This document shows positions 18,676 to 30,300 of a stretch of DNA of 55,661 nucleotides, in pieces. Position 1 is the first letter of the stretch; each line of letters begins with the position of its first letter. The notes under the pieces are model-generated. The model ran no database searches. It saw nothing but the letters and a program-made list of their open reading frames with translations, and was not told the origin of the DNA. Made by a program: the position numbers and the translations under genes. This DNA comes from a virus (lineage: Duplodnaviria; Caudoviricetes): the IMG/VR virus record IMGVR_UViG_3300025122_000018, positions 1-55,661 of that record. The stretch is one strand, 5' to 3'.

Positions 18676-19481
18676 GTATATTTGCACCCAAAGGTATAAT
18701 CGATGGAGAGGTTGTTGATCCAGATACCATGTCTGATGATTTCATTGAGGCCAGCAGGATAGCTGAGAATCAAACTCAATACCAGTGGAAGAAAGACCTC
18801 CTTGTTAGTGGGACAGACATAAAGCTTGATAAGCTTGTTCGCGGTGGTCCGGTAAAGATTCATACTGTAAACCAGCAAGCAAAGCTGAGGCTTGATTTCC
18901 ATAGGATTGGCACAACAGATGGGCGCGACCCAGATCTTTATGACGCAGCCTCGGCTACTTCTGTCGGTGACCCTGAGTTGTTTCATATTCCTTACAACAG
19001 GGGCTACCATTTAATTACTGGTACTAATAATATGTCTTTACAGTGGGAGAGCGAGTACCCTGAGCTTATCTTTGCTTTTTTTTCATTCCAATACTCAAGG
19101 AATGAAAAAGCTTTATTTGATCTTAATGATGATTTTAGTGATTCAGATGCAAGGATACGAATGCAGATTAAGCTAATGCTGGATGGATCGGCCATATACG
19201 GAAGTGGGATCTCTAGCATGGGCACGCTGGATGGATATAGAGGTACGGGATACGCCGGTAGAAACCTTAGAACAACCACTCATGGGCTTACTCTGCTTGG
19301 TCCGGGTTCGCATATTATTGAGGCTCACGCTGGGCAGACATCGTGCAGCCCTCAGAACCTTGATACGAGTTTAGAGCCAGAACTACAACACTTTAATAAC
19401 CCACCAGATGAAGGCGTTTGTATCGCGCATAGAACATTGAATGTTATTAGGTTTCCTAAAGGCTCATTCATGGGGGCATAA
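18672..19481 (+). CDS. Putative tail appendage protein 1
   Basis: 269 aa; beta-sandwich-like C-terminus (KLMLDG...GSHII); position. Confidence 0.5.
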   Translation: MSIFAPKGIIDGEVVDPDTMSDDFIEASRIAENQTQYQWKKDLLVSGTDIKLDKLVRGGPVKIHTVNQQAKLRLDFHRIGTTDGRDPDLYDAASATSVGDPELFHIPYNRGYHLITGTNNMSLQWESEYPELIFAFFSFQYSRNEKALFDLNDDFSDSDARIRMQIKLMLDGSAIYGSGISSMGTLDGYRGTGYAGRNLRTTTHGLTLLGPGSHIIEAHAGQTSCSPQNLDTSLEPELQHFNNPPDEGVCIAHRTLNVIRFPKGSFMGA

Positions 19482-20230
19482 TGGCAGTAACAAAACCAAA
19501 TAGCGGAGACTTAATTACGGAAACATCTGTTACTTCTATGTATGACTCTGTTAAATCTAGGGTTAACTCTGTTTCTACATCTCAGTTTGAGGATGCCTGT
19601 CTTGGCGAACAGCATCTTCCGAGCATTATCCCTAAGATTGATGGGACGCTAACGCCAGCAGCGGATTCGGTGTCTAGAAACACAGACTTCGATATACTCT
19701 CGCCGGAGGTTTCGCTCACCGGACACGCTATAAAATATGAAACAGCCACCGATGTCTTTAGCGATAACTGGAGAGAAGTTCTTACTTTAGACAATAGTGG
19801 CGCAGGGTATCTTCTTCCGCCGTGTAAGATACTGGTTATGTGTGATGTAACTGTATCTAAAATAGTTAAGGACAGCGTTGGTTTTACATCTAGAAATCAG
19901 GCATGGATAGCTGTCTGCTTTAGGGGAACCAACCTTTCAACAGGATTGATAGAAGATCACTTTAGCCCAGTCAATATGGGAATGGTTAATGGTTGGAATC
20001 CAGATGGTTCAGGAGATCTTGGAGACAATGTTCATGAGAACATGTCCATATGGTTTATTATAGACAGGACGAGTCTATCGGGTGTTTGGCCTCTATCGTA
20101 CATACAGCTTAGGGCAACCTGTGGATATGGTGCAGGAACGAAGGGTGCTTCGACAGACAGAAGGCTGCCCGATAAGATTACGATATCAAATGCTCAGCTA
20201 AGTTTTTGCTCATTCTATAGGGACGCATAA
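19481..20230 (+). CDS. Putative tail appendage protein 2
   Basis: 249 aa; TAATG coupling; beta-rich. Confidence 0.5.
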   Translation: MAVTKPNSGDLITETSVTSMYDSVKSRVNSVSTSQFEDACLGEQHLPSIIPKIDGTLTPAADSVSRNTDFDILSPEVSLTGHAIKYETATDVFSDNWREVLTLDNSGAGYLLPPCKILVMCDVTVSKIVKDSVGFTSRNQAWIAVCFRGTNLSTGLIEDHFSPVNMGMVNGWNPDGSGDLGDNVHENMSIWFIIDRTSLSGVWPLSYIQLRATCGYGAGTKGASTDRRLPDKITISNAQLSFCSFYRDA

Positions 20231-20961
20231 TGCCAACTCTACCATCAATGTCGCTGTCAGGAACGATATCTCCAGAGGAGATATATGATGGTGGCCTGTT
20301 TGACCCTAAGCTATCTCCACAAACGCTAGAAATGCTAAACGGTGGGTTAGATATTAATAATTTTGGCGCTCCTGATCATTCTATAGGGCCAAGGATGTGG
20401 CAGCTTGGTTCATTTGCTATGGGATACTCATCTGCCTTTGAAGCAACTGAGTCGCTATTTGCAAGACAGGTCAGTTCTGCCGACAACGCAACATCAGAGA
20501 AGGTGATCCATGCCTCACTCACTCATCGCTTATTCATACCATTTGCTCCAAAGTGTTTAATCTTTGGCTATCAGGCATGGTTTCAGCAGGACGCAACCAT
20601 ATGGAATGTAGAGGATGGCCCTCAAGATATCGAGAGATGGGTAGTTAGACTCTACATTGATGGTGTAGAGCAGAAGCACGCCGAGGTACAGCTTCCCGCA
20701 ACAAGGTGGTCTGATAAACCTGCTGATTGGGTAGACGGCGACCTAACTGGAATTACTCACGATGATGGCAGCACTGTCATAGATGGGAAGTCTTACGAAG
20801 CTAGGTGGAGATATGCTTCAAAAAGCGTTACAGCCTTATCTGTAAGTAAGGGTCACCACGAATTTAAGGTAACTATGGAGGCTGAGATCTCTGGTCCAGA
20901 TGTAAAGCGTGAAAAGTGCAAAAGTGTAATCGGCTCGTTTCAGGCTTTAGCGATTCGATAA
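20230..20961 (+). CDS. Putative tail appendage protein 3
   Basis: 243 aa; RLYIDG...GHHEF resembles protein 1. Confidence 0.5.
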   Translation: MPTLPSMSLSGTISPEEIYDGGLFDPKLSPQTLEMLNGGLDINNFGAPDHSIGPRMWQLGSFAMGYSSAFEATESLFARQVSSADNATSEKVIHASLTHRLFIPFAPKCLIFGYQAWFQQDATIWNVEDGPQDIERWVVRLYIDGVEQKHAEVQLPATRWSDKPADWVDGDLTGITHDDGSTVIDGKSYEARWRYASKSVTALSVSKGHHEFKVTMEAEISGPDVKREKCKSVIGSFQALAIR

Positions 20962-20971
20962 GGGGGTAGGT

Positions 20972-21622
20972 ATGGCTTGGAGTTGGGAAGGAGCAGAAAA
21001 GGGCGCATCATCGGGATCAACGGCTGGAGGTATAATCGGGGGGTTTGGTGGTCCCGGTGGCGCTGCCATTGGTAGCGGAATCGGCTTTGTAGTCGGCGGT
21101 GTTGCTGGTGGGCTTTTTGGCGGAGATCCAATGGAGGCCGCCCTTCAACGAGCAGCGATAAGCATGATGACTGTTGACGCTAGGGAGAAGTACATTGATG
21201 CAACCCAAAGAACACAAAGTCAGGTAGCCCAGAAGTCAGCATATAACGAGGCTGTAAAACAGAGGAATCAGTCGGGTGCATCTGGACAAGACGCTATTAA
21301 CCAGCAGGAGTTGGCTAAACAGGCTGGTTACGAAGCTTCGTCAGTTGCCGCCACAGAGGGCGAAGTGGCAAGAAAGGCTCGGCAGGATCAGGTCATGGCT
21401 GGTGTGACGCTTGGCAAGGATATATATGGAGCCAAGAAGGGGGTCGAGGCCGCGAGATATGAAGCTGGCTACGATCCAAGTGCTGGTTCCAAGCAAATGG
21501 CGCAATACATTGCTGACTACGGAACCTATAAGGTTAAGGGAGGAAGCTATGATGCCGAAGGAAACTGGGTTGAAGGCCCACGGGGCGCTCCAGAATTTAA
21601 ACCATTCCAGCAGCCAGCATAG
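20972..21622 (+). CDS. Putative DNA-ejection / internal virion protein (glycine zipper)
   Basis: GASSGSTAGGIIGGFGGPGGAAIGSGIGFVVGGVAGGLFGG then Q/A-rich helix; P22 gp7-like architecture. Confidence 0.65.
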   Translation: MAWSWEGAEKGASSGSTAGGIIGGFGGPGGAAIGSGIGFVVGGVAGGLFGGDPMEAALQRAAISMMTVDAREKYIDATQRTQSQVAQKSAYNEAVKQRNQSGASGQDAINQQELAKQAGYEASSVAATEGEVARKARQDQVMAGVTLGKDIYGAKKGVEAARYEAGYDPSAGSKQMAQYIADYGTYKVKGGSYDAEGNWVEGPRGAPEFKPFQQPA

Positions 21623-21631
21623 GGAGATAAC

Positions 21632-23809
21632 ATGGCAGTTATAACAGGCGGTGGTGCGGTTCAAGACCTTCGTGGCCCGGGTGCGGTTGCAGGAACTTAT
21701 GTTGATGTGGCTGCGCGGGGTAAGTACGCCTACATGACTATGGGCCAGCGCCTTGACTACCAGAAGGACTTGATGACTCGGTTGGCTGATGTCAACAAAA
21801 GCATAGAAAACCTTAGAGTCGGATATGTCCAAACCTCAATGGATAAAGTTGGAAACGCTCATGCTCTGTTCGGCACCATAGCCCAATACGACATGAGTAA
21901 AATTCAATTTAGGGATGCCGCACAGGAACGAAAGTTTGGGCTATTCAAAGAGCAACATGAAGCATGGAACAATAGTCCACACAAGGCAGGGATTCTTACG
22001 CAAAACCCAGATCATATGTACGGGTATACATCCGTGCTCCAAAGCTCGAAGACACAAAATAGTGTGACAGGCTCTCTTGATGGGGCGCTTGATGGTGTTA
22101 CCGAACCGATGTATACAAAGCTGCTAACACAGCCTGAAAAGTTCATGGATGAGGCCGGTAAGCACCTTACCGTAGCGATGACAGATGTTGAGGATCACCT
22201 CCTTCTCGCAAAGAACGCCGCAGGGGGAAGCAACCTAGCACATGGCCTGATGTCTAAGGGTGCCAAAGACCTTATGACAACAGTAATGATACAGAAGCTA
22301 GAAAAAGCCGCCAAGAGCGCGGGAGTAGCTGTTACACAAACTCAGATAGATGCTATACATCAAGTAGTTGATAGACACGGCCCTCAACAAGCGGGTGCCG
22401 TGTATCAAGACGAAGAGTATCGTCGGACTCAGGAAGAGTGGAACGAGATGGAAAGCAACGCAGAAGAGTCTGTTAAGGCTGTTGGTCCGGGTAGCTTTAT
22501 CTATAAAGAATATGAGGAGATGAAGTCACTATATGGTGGCTCTCTTAAGGTTAGTGCTAGTGATTTGGCAGAGGAAGCATCCGGGCTTAAGTTCAAAAAT
22601 CTAGAACAGCAAAAGGCTCTGATTGAAAGAGAACTTAAGGGGGCGCTTGCAGGAAGTGAAATATGGCCATTAATATCAGCAAACATGCAAATTCCGGGGA
22701 TGATGACTCTCAATAAAGCCCTTGGTAATCCACCCACTATGGATGGAATGTACAGGACTATGCGTTATATGGGGAGCGCTCCCGGCCAATCAGCAAAGGC
22801 AGTTAGTCTCTATGTTCAAATGTCTAAAGATCCAGAGTTTGGCGGAAATAAGGTTGCCATCGCTTCAGCCATGCGGATGTATCTAGAAGAACAGGTTGAC
22901 GAAGGCATGATGAAGCACCGTATGTTTAGAACCAAGAAGGGTGTAAAGAGCACCACGGTGGCAAGGGCAATCAAAGGTGGTATGAATCCAATACAGCTTG
23001 GCCGACTACGGAAGGGTGTCCAAGCCTTTAGTCGAACTGGAAAGGTGGAGATAGAGCAACCCGGTCCAGATGAAATGGTTGGCCATCTTCTGAAAACCAT
23101 TAATGATGCGAACACCCCAGAAGAAATAATCGGTATATATCTCTCTGGCATGATGAACAATCCCCAGATTCCGAGCGAGACTTGGAAAAAGATTGAAGAG
23201 GATATTCTCCCAGCCATTCTGATGGGCAGAGAAGATGTGCTCAAGAAGGAAGAGATACGCAAGATGGGAATGCGTCCTTATGAGATGGGACCAGATCTGC
23301 TGGACATGCCAGACGCAACCCTCCTCGGCACTGAGTATTATGATGAAGATCGACGTACACCGGGCGGAGTCTCTAGGGCTGAAGCAGAGAAGAAAGCGAT
23401 ACACGCTGTGCAAGAGGATGTTGATCTCGCTGGCGCACCCTTAACAAGGGGTCCAGATCTGGGAGAGTATGCGTCAGACATTCCCACTCAGTTATCTAAA
23501 ATTGCAAGAATGAAGGATATGGCTAAGGTTGAATCAGAGTTTGCTAAGGAGACACAGCAATCTCAGTTCCCGTACACAGAACCCGGCAAGGCAGAGAAGC
23601 CACCAGCACCTATCGTTGCCCCAGTAACGCCGAAGGCTGGTTCTATTTCCTACAAGGGAAAGCAGGTTGTTCCCCGTAGGATTGCATCAGTTGGTAAGTA
23701 TGATATAAATACTGCATTCTTAGATGACGGAACATTGTTAGTAGAAAAAAGCAAGGGTGTTTGGGATATACCCAGTGCTGAAGATCAGAAGCTAATAGAC
23801 GCGAGGTAA
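21632..23809 (+). CDS. Putative internal virion / ejection protein
   Basis: 725 aa, helical, in the ejection cluster. Confidence 0.55.
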   Translation: MAVITGGGAVQDLRGPGAVAGTYVDVAARGKYAYMTMGQRLDYQKDLMTRLADVNKSIENLRVGYVQTSMDKVGNAHALFGTIAQYDMSKIQFRDAAQERKFGLFKEQHEAWNNSPHKAGILTQNPDHMYGYTSVLQSSKTQNSVTGSLDGALDGVTEPMYTKLLTQPEKFMDEAGKHLTVAMTDVEDHLLLAKNAAGGSNLAHGLMSKGAKDLMTTVMIQKLEKAAKSAGVAVTQTQIDAIHQVVDRHGPQQAGAVYQDEEYRRTQEEWNEMESNAEESVKAVGPGSFIYKEYEEMKSLYGGSLKVSASDLAEEASGLKFKNLEQQKALIERELKGALAGSEIWPLISANMQIPGMMTLNKALGNPPTMDGMYRTMRYMGSAPGQSAKAVSLYVQMSKDPEFGGNKVAIASAMRMYLEEQVDEGMMKHRMFRTKKGVKSTTVARAIKGGMNPIQLGRLRKGVQAFSRTGKVEIEQPGPDEMVGHLLKTINDANTPEEIIGIYLSGMMNNPQIPSETWKKIEEDILPAILMGREDVLKKEEIRKMGMRPYEMGPDLLDMPDATLLGTEYYDEDRRTPGGVSRAEAEKKAIHAVQEDVDLAGAPLTRGPDLGEYASDIPTQLSKIARMKDMAKVESEFAKETQQSQFPYTEPGKAEKPPAPIVAPVTPKAGSISYKGKQVVPRRIASVGKYDINTAFLDDGTLLVEKSKGVWDIPSAEDQKLIDAR

Positions 23810-23812
23810 GCT

Positions 23813-24376
23813 ATGGGGAAATCAGTAGAAGAGATTCGGGCGGAGATTGAGGCAGAAGACGCAGCCAAGGCCGGTAATACTATTACCGATGTCAGTACAG
23901 GCTTGAGTCAAAAGGCTAAGCCTTCAAAACCTGTTGGAGAGAGAGCGGTTTTTGGCAGCCCGGAGCACATGGTGGAAGTTCAGAAAAAGCATGATGAGCT
24001 TCAAAAGGAGGCCCAAGAGAGTCTGGAATCCCTTGCGGCAGTATACGGTGTTAGTGTTGACGATCTTCGCTATGATCTTAAGCATAAACATATTCGTTTG
24101 GGAGAGAGTAGGAAGCAGGTTCCCCCGCCAGAGGCAACAGCAGTGTATGATGAGTTCTTGAGGCGACATCGAGATTTTCCGATAAGGACAGGCGCTGAAA
24201 CAAGTCACATATATGGCATGTCGGATGCTCCTGTTGAGGCCCATCTGCAAAGAGGAGCACAGAAGGTCACAGATTGGCTTGGCTTGACAACCTCAAAGCT
24301 GGAGAGGGCATCTGCGTCAGAGCTTACCTCTCAGATGGAGCCAGCACCACTAGTCTTACCAAAGGCCACAGAATAG
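23813..24376 (+). CDS. Hypothetical protein (ejection cluster)
   Basis: 187-aa ORF, GAGGT RBS. Confidence 0.6.
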   Translation: MGKSVEEIRAEIEAEDAAKAGNTITDVSTGLSQKAKPSKPVGERAVFGSPEHMVEVQKKHDELQKEAQESLESLAAVYGVSVDDLRYDLKHKHIRLGESRKQVPPPEATAVYDEFLRRHRDFPIRTGAETSHIYGMSDAPVEAHLQRGAQKVTDWLGLTTSKLERASASELTSQMEPAPLVLPKATE

Positions 24377-24387
24377 CAGGATAACAA

Positions 24388-27300
24388 ATGGCAGAAGAAG
24401 GATCAAAACAGGCAGCGATATCTTCTGACGAGGGTGTAAATCAAGAAGCGTTTGCCCTTAGTCGTTCGCCTATTAAAGATACCGGCATACCTCTTTACCC
24501 AGAACATGCCATTAAGTCTGGTCTAATAGCAGAGGATGTGAATAGCGGGATTAGCTCTAGGTTCTCTGATCCTGTGTCGCCTAGCTATTCTATACCGAGG
24601 ATTGATCAGACAAAATCAGATATCCTGTCTGGGATGCGACATCCATCGCAGGGTCGCACAGAAACTGGCGCAGTTATCTCTACTCCAATGGCTAGAGAGC
24701 GAGCGCATCTGTTGTTCACTCTGGCCAAGCTAAAGCCTCACTTAGATTCTGGCGCAATGTCCAGTGCTGGTGCCTACGCAACTGGCGAAAGGGGTATGCT
24801 GACTCTAGAAGAGCTTCAAGAGGCGCATGATCCAACAGCTTTAGAGTATATTGGTCTTGCCTTTGAGCCATTTGACGCTCCACGGCGTGCTGTGTGGGGC
24901 GCCGCTGCGTATCTGGGTCAATACCTGCCTGACCCCGGATCGCTCGCTGGTGATGCCATACAGTCCGTTGTAGGGGTTGTTGGGGGTCTTGCCTTAGGAA
25001 CCTCTGTCGGGCTTACTGAGGGGGTTTGGACACTGGGGCTTGGCGCTACGGTGGGAGCCATTGCAAGCCTATGGGACGATGATGAGAACGAGGAGTCGCC
25101 ATCATCTCCGATAGTTCCGGGGCAGGAAGCTGTCGATGGTTTCATGGAGATGGTCGAGAATCTATATGATGCCGTAGCTACTGGAGAGCTATATGAAACA
25201 TCTAAGACTCGCATAAGGCCAAATCTATATGCAGATTGGTCTAGAACTGGTATTGTAACTGGCGATATGCTTATAGATGCGATGCTGACTAAGGGTCAGG
25301 CGTGGGAGTTATCTCAAGATGCAACCAAAGCGCCTCACCTAAGGGCGTTTGCTAGGCATGTATCTACGGATGTTGGAAGACTGTCGTATGGTCTTCTTGC
25401 GGAGTTTATAGTAGACCCACTGTGGATATGGGGTCCGGGTAAGGCTGGCTCATTCGCGTCTAGGGTCAGATACGGCGATGATATTTTTCATCTTTTAGGG
25501 CCAGCGGCAAAGGGGGCCAGTTCTGTACAGAATGTTGCTCGCGCTAAGCGTGGTGCCGATGCCCTGATGTTTAACAAGATTGTCGCTAATATGGTTAGGT
25601 CTACAGACCCTAAAGTGGTGGAAAGTTCTACTGCTGCGGTCGCCCATTATGGTAAAATTGCTGCCGCACAGGTAGTTGATTCCAGAAATAACTTAGAAGC
25701 GATTGCCAAAGCCCTACAGGATGGTGGAGATCTCGGTAAGGCGGTCAGATCACAGAGTCAAAGAGTGTTTGATCAGGCAGAAGTTCTATCAAAGGAACTT
25801 ATAATAGAGGGGAAAGAAGGGCAAGCTGCGCGTATTCTTGAGATAGCAAAGCAAAAGAAGATCTTGGCTGATTCAATACAGGATGCTGCCGGTCAGGCGA
25901 GATGGCTTAAGCAGCAGAGCAGGATGATCGCTAATGAGATAAAAACATTTGAGAAACATGCAGATAATATAAGTCTTAGTATCCGCGCAGCAGCAGACGC
26001 AAGACAGGCCGGGGATCTCTCTAAGCTAGTTAAGCAGAAGGGCTTCTTAAGTTATCACATGCCATTCACGACAAAGTTTGGATATGTTTTTAAGAGTGGT
26101 CCACTGGATAATGCAACAGCACTGCTTAGAGCCAGTCCAATAGCATCTAAGTTTATAGATGACTTCTCACTTACTGGTCTACAAGCCAAGGTGGATGAGG
26201 CTGCTATAGGATTAAAGGGTGATGAGAGGGTGCCAACAGCATCAGAAGTCTTTGCGGGTGACCCTGCCGCTCTTCTTGCCTATCAGACTCAAAGGATAGT
26301 GCAGTGGCCAGCACATTGGGCTGGTGCCTTTTTTACCGGCGTGGCTGCTACTATTGGCTCCAGAATGATTCAGCCAATAACTGAGACTATGAGTGTTGCT
26401 AGGTATCAGAAGCAAGGTCTTGTCCGTGGCATTCCGTATCTCGGCAATAAGATGCTTATAAAGATACAAAAGGTAAATCCTGAGCTATGGGAAAAGCAAC
26501 AGGCAAATATTACTGATTATCTAAACTCCTTTACCGGCTTGGATATGAAGCTGACCACCGAGCTTGAGCGGCTAGGGAAGAAAGCACAGGAAGCTCTGAA
26601 GATAAGGAGGAAGATTTCTGTTAAGGAGGGCGCTCGTCTTCAGAGATTGATATCAACCACAAGCGATCAAGCAGAGAAGGCAGAGCTACAAGCCCGCCTT
26701 GAGCGGGTCATGGCTTGGAATAATAAGAAAGAATATTCCGAGCAAGACATTATGCTTGAAGCCCTTGATGCCCTTGATAGGGGAGCAAAGAGATGGCATT
26801 CATTATCTGATGAAGTTCTGGAGGTTATGGAAGAGCTTAAAGCACTGAGGGACGCATTCGCAGCAGACCCCGCTGTTGCCGGTGCTAAGATAAAGTTTGA
26901 GCAGGGCATGGTTTCTATGGCTCGATTTGCTAAGGGAGACATTGACCATAAAGCAAAGCTTCTATCAATGCTTGAAGTCATCAACGCTCAGATGTCTAAT
27001 GTTTCAACCTTCAGAGACTTGAGCAGATCAAGAACCCATCAAGCCATACTGAAGAGAGTTACCCAGCTACGATCTTTAGAAGAGGGGGTTGCAGGACTGG
27101 GCGTTGATGTTCTGGCTAGGGCGCTGGAAGAGGTAAAGGTACTTAAAGATAGCGGTATTGTAGACGAAGCGATCTATGCAGAGCACATGCTTGAGCATCT
27201 GACTAAGGTAACTGGTACAGCGACCTCTGCTCGTCGTGTCTTGAGGCAGTTTGCCCTTGCTCTGGGCGAGACAGATGGAACGCTTGCACTAAGAAAACTC

Positions 27301-30300
27301 TTTGAGCGCCTTGGGGGTTCTCTTGAGTTTGCAGAGGGAGCAAAGCTAAAGAAAAACTTTAACTCGGCAATGACTCATGCGATTAACAAGTATTTAGCTA
27401 CCCTTAAAGAAGAACACCGTATGCTTGACTCGGCATATAAGAAAGGTCTTGTGCTCTCCGAGGGTACAAAGCTGAAGGTTGGTGAGAAAAACTTCTACTC
27501 TGGCATGACAAGGAAAGAGTTTCGCTCCTTACTTAAGGAGATGATTAGAGATAACGATGAGACTTGGAAAGTTCTGGTGCCGGAACATGAGCGAGAACTG
27601 TTTGAAACTTGGGTAACCGGAGTAGAGCCACCATCAGTTAAGGCCCGGAAAGCGCGTGAGAAAACTTACTCAAGCCGTCCGGCAGATTGGTTTGATGGGA
27701 AGGTTGTGACGGACAAGGTTAAGGTTACTGTAAATAACGGCATCATTAATAGAGTCATACGAGAACAGGTTGAAGCATCTAAGGATGGTCTGGTTAGTCT
27801 GAAGGATCTCATACGGTCTATCCCAAAACTAGATGAGTTTGAAAACAATGGCTATGTTTCCTTGCTTAATATTTTGAGTGAGAAGGTTGGTAAAGATGTG
27901 CGAATTGGCTGGTTAGAAGATAGCAAGCTGGTTGGAGAGTATAGGCCGAAGCAAGTGGTAGAGGGCGTTAAGCAGCCGAGAAGGGTTCTGATTTCAGACA
28001 ATGCTCCTGATGCTCTTCAGGCACTTGCCCACGAAACGCTTCATGCTGTAACTGTTAATAGATATAGGAACGCAGCTAAGGCTTGGCAAAAGGGAGAGAA
28101 GACAGCCTCATCCCATGCTTCCGACAATCTTAGAAAGCTATTCAACTATGTTGTTGACCGTGCCAAAAACGATCCAGAGCTACTGCTAAAACACGGCATC
28201 GTACAGGGGCAGCCTCTTCGTGATTTCTTAGCGAGTCCAGAAGAGTTTATATCTTATGGGGTGTCTAGTCCTGAGTTTGCTAGGTTTCTAGATAGCATTC
28301 CTTATCTGGCATCCAAAAGAACAAGTGTATTCGATGTGTTCTGGGGCAAGGTAAAGAAACTGTTTGGGCTTAGAAGAAAGGATACAGCTTATAGGGAGTT
28401 GAATCTAATAGTAAGCGAACTTCTTACTGCGAAGGATTCGATTGTAAGAGGGAGAAAGCCCAAGGGCTTTCCGATGGCAGATAGCGCCAAGAGGTTTGAG
28501 AAGCCACCCTCTGTGGAGAGAAGGGGTGTCTTTGATTTTGAGCCGCATGAGAAGGCTCACTGGAACCAAGCAAGAAGCTACTATGATAGGGTAGGTGTTC
28601 TCAAGGGTGTCTCAAGAAAGACTTATCGCACAGCCAAGGACACTACAGCCAAGAGGCATGAGGTTATCGGACCAGCCGCTACCTTTGCGGAGCATGAGGG
28701 CTATCGTCTTTCAGATGTTCTTACTGGTCGTGGCATTAAGATACACAAAAGATTCCAGCTTGATAAGGATCATGGTTGGTACTTGGTTACTCCGCGTCCA
28801 GCAAAGAAGCTTAATCCCGCCAAGGTTAGAGCAGATAAGGCTGATGAGCTTGAAGAGATTATCGAGCCGGTTGAGCCAGTTAAGCCAGTAAGGGGTCGTC
28901 GTGTTAAGTTTAAGGGTGAAGAGGCCGCCCCAGTTAAGCCCACCAAGAAGGCTAAGCACGCCTCTACCGAGACAGCACAAGTTTCTCATGATGTAGATCC
29001 TGTTGTGCCCACGGAGACAAAGGGCCGCCGTGTGAAGCTTAAACCGGGCAAGCCGAAAACTGGTGTTTACCAGCACCGCAGGGGCGAGCTATCTAAGAAG
29101 GGTTTCTTTAGAAGCTCCTATCGTTTAGACGAAACTTACAAGGTAGAGAAGGTTAAAGAAGAATGGGTAGTTAGAAGATTTAACGAAGATAAGTCACTCT
29201 CTTCTGTTGAGGGTTCTCCTGAGTCCTTCTCAACAAGGGGTGAGGCCGCCCGTTGGCTTAAGAGATTTGATGACGAGAGAGGTCTTCCTGAGTGGAAGCC
29301 AGTTACAGTTAAGTGGGACAGGGTAAGGGTTCCCGGCCTCAAGCAAATGCGGCTATCCTTTACAGATCCGAATGGTAATGGTTTATTTTATTTGTCGATG
29401 ACCGACCCATACTCTCCGACTAAGAGAGTCATTAATATTATAGGCCCAGAGGGTGTGGTGGATACGATTAAGCCATCGAAGAATCCCAAGACTGGGAAGG
29501 TGACCCCAGCTACGAAGGGCCGTGCCGCTGAGGCTCTGAAAGAACATCTCGATAATATCGAGGGGAATGTTCCAGATACTCCTGCTGTTTCAAAGTTAAA
29601 GAAGAAGCTTGTAGAGGAGGCGGAAGAGCAGGGCATCATTGGTTCAGACCCACCTATAGTGGAGAGGATGAGTCAGCCAAGAGCAGGTAACTATGACATA
29701 GATGAGCTTCTTGACACTGGATATAAGCAACTAACTCCGGGCACGAAACTTAAGAAGGACGATGTTGTTGCTATCTTTGATGGGAACTCTGCCTCTCCTG
29801 ACGATATGTGGAGGGTTGAATCTGCTTTTCAAACAATGGATGGCCAAGAGATTGGCCTTGTTGCAAGGAATGGCAAGACAACAAGAACACTAGAGACAGA
29901 TGAGCTTGATGATATACAAGTTTACTTCAAGAGAGATGAGGCCAAGACCAAGACTAAGCCGAAGCAGCCGAAGGTTAAGAAGGGGCGTGGAAAGGTTAAG
30001 TTCAAGGAGGCTGTCGAGGAGGCTCCAGAGGTCACACGGGGCGCACTGGAAGATGTCTTTCCCGAAGAGTATATGGGAATGGTTGACGACGCCAAAAGGA
30101 TTAAGAGATCTGGGGGCGCGGCGATCTATCCAACCTACAAGGCACTAAAGGACGAGTGGCTTGAGGTGATAAAGCCACTAATGCCAAAAGCGACTAAGAA
30201 AGAACTAAACGCGAGGCTTAAGGTTGAGTTAACGAAGTCAGGTATAGAAACGAAAGCTAAGTGGCTTGCCTATAGATCGAAATCAATAGATGAGATTGTT

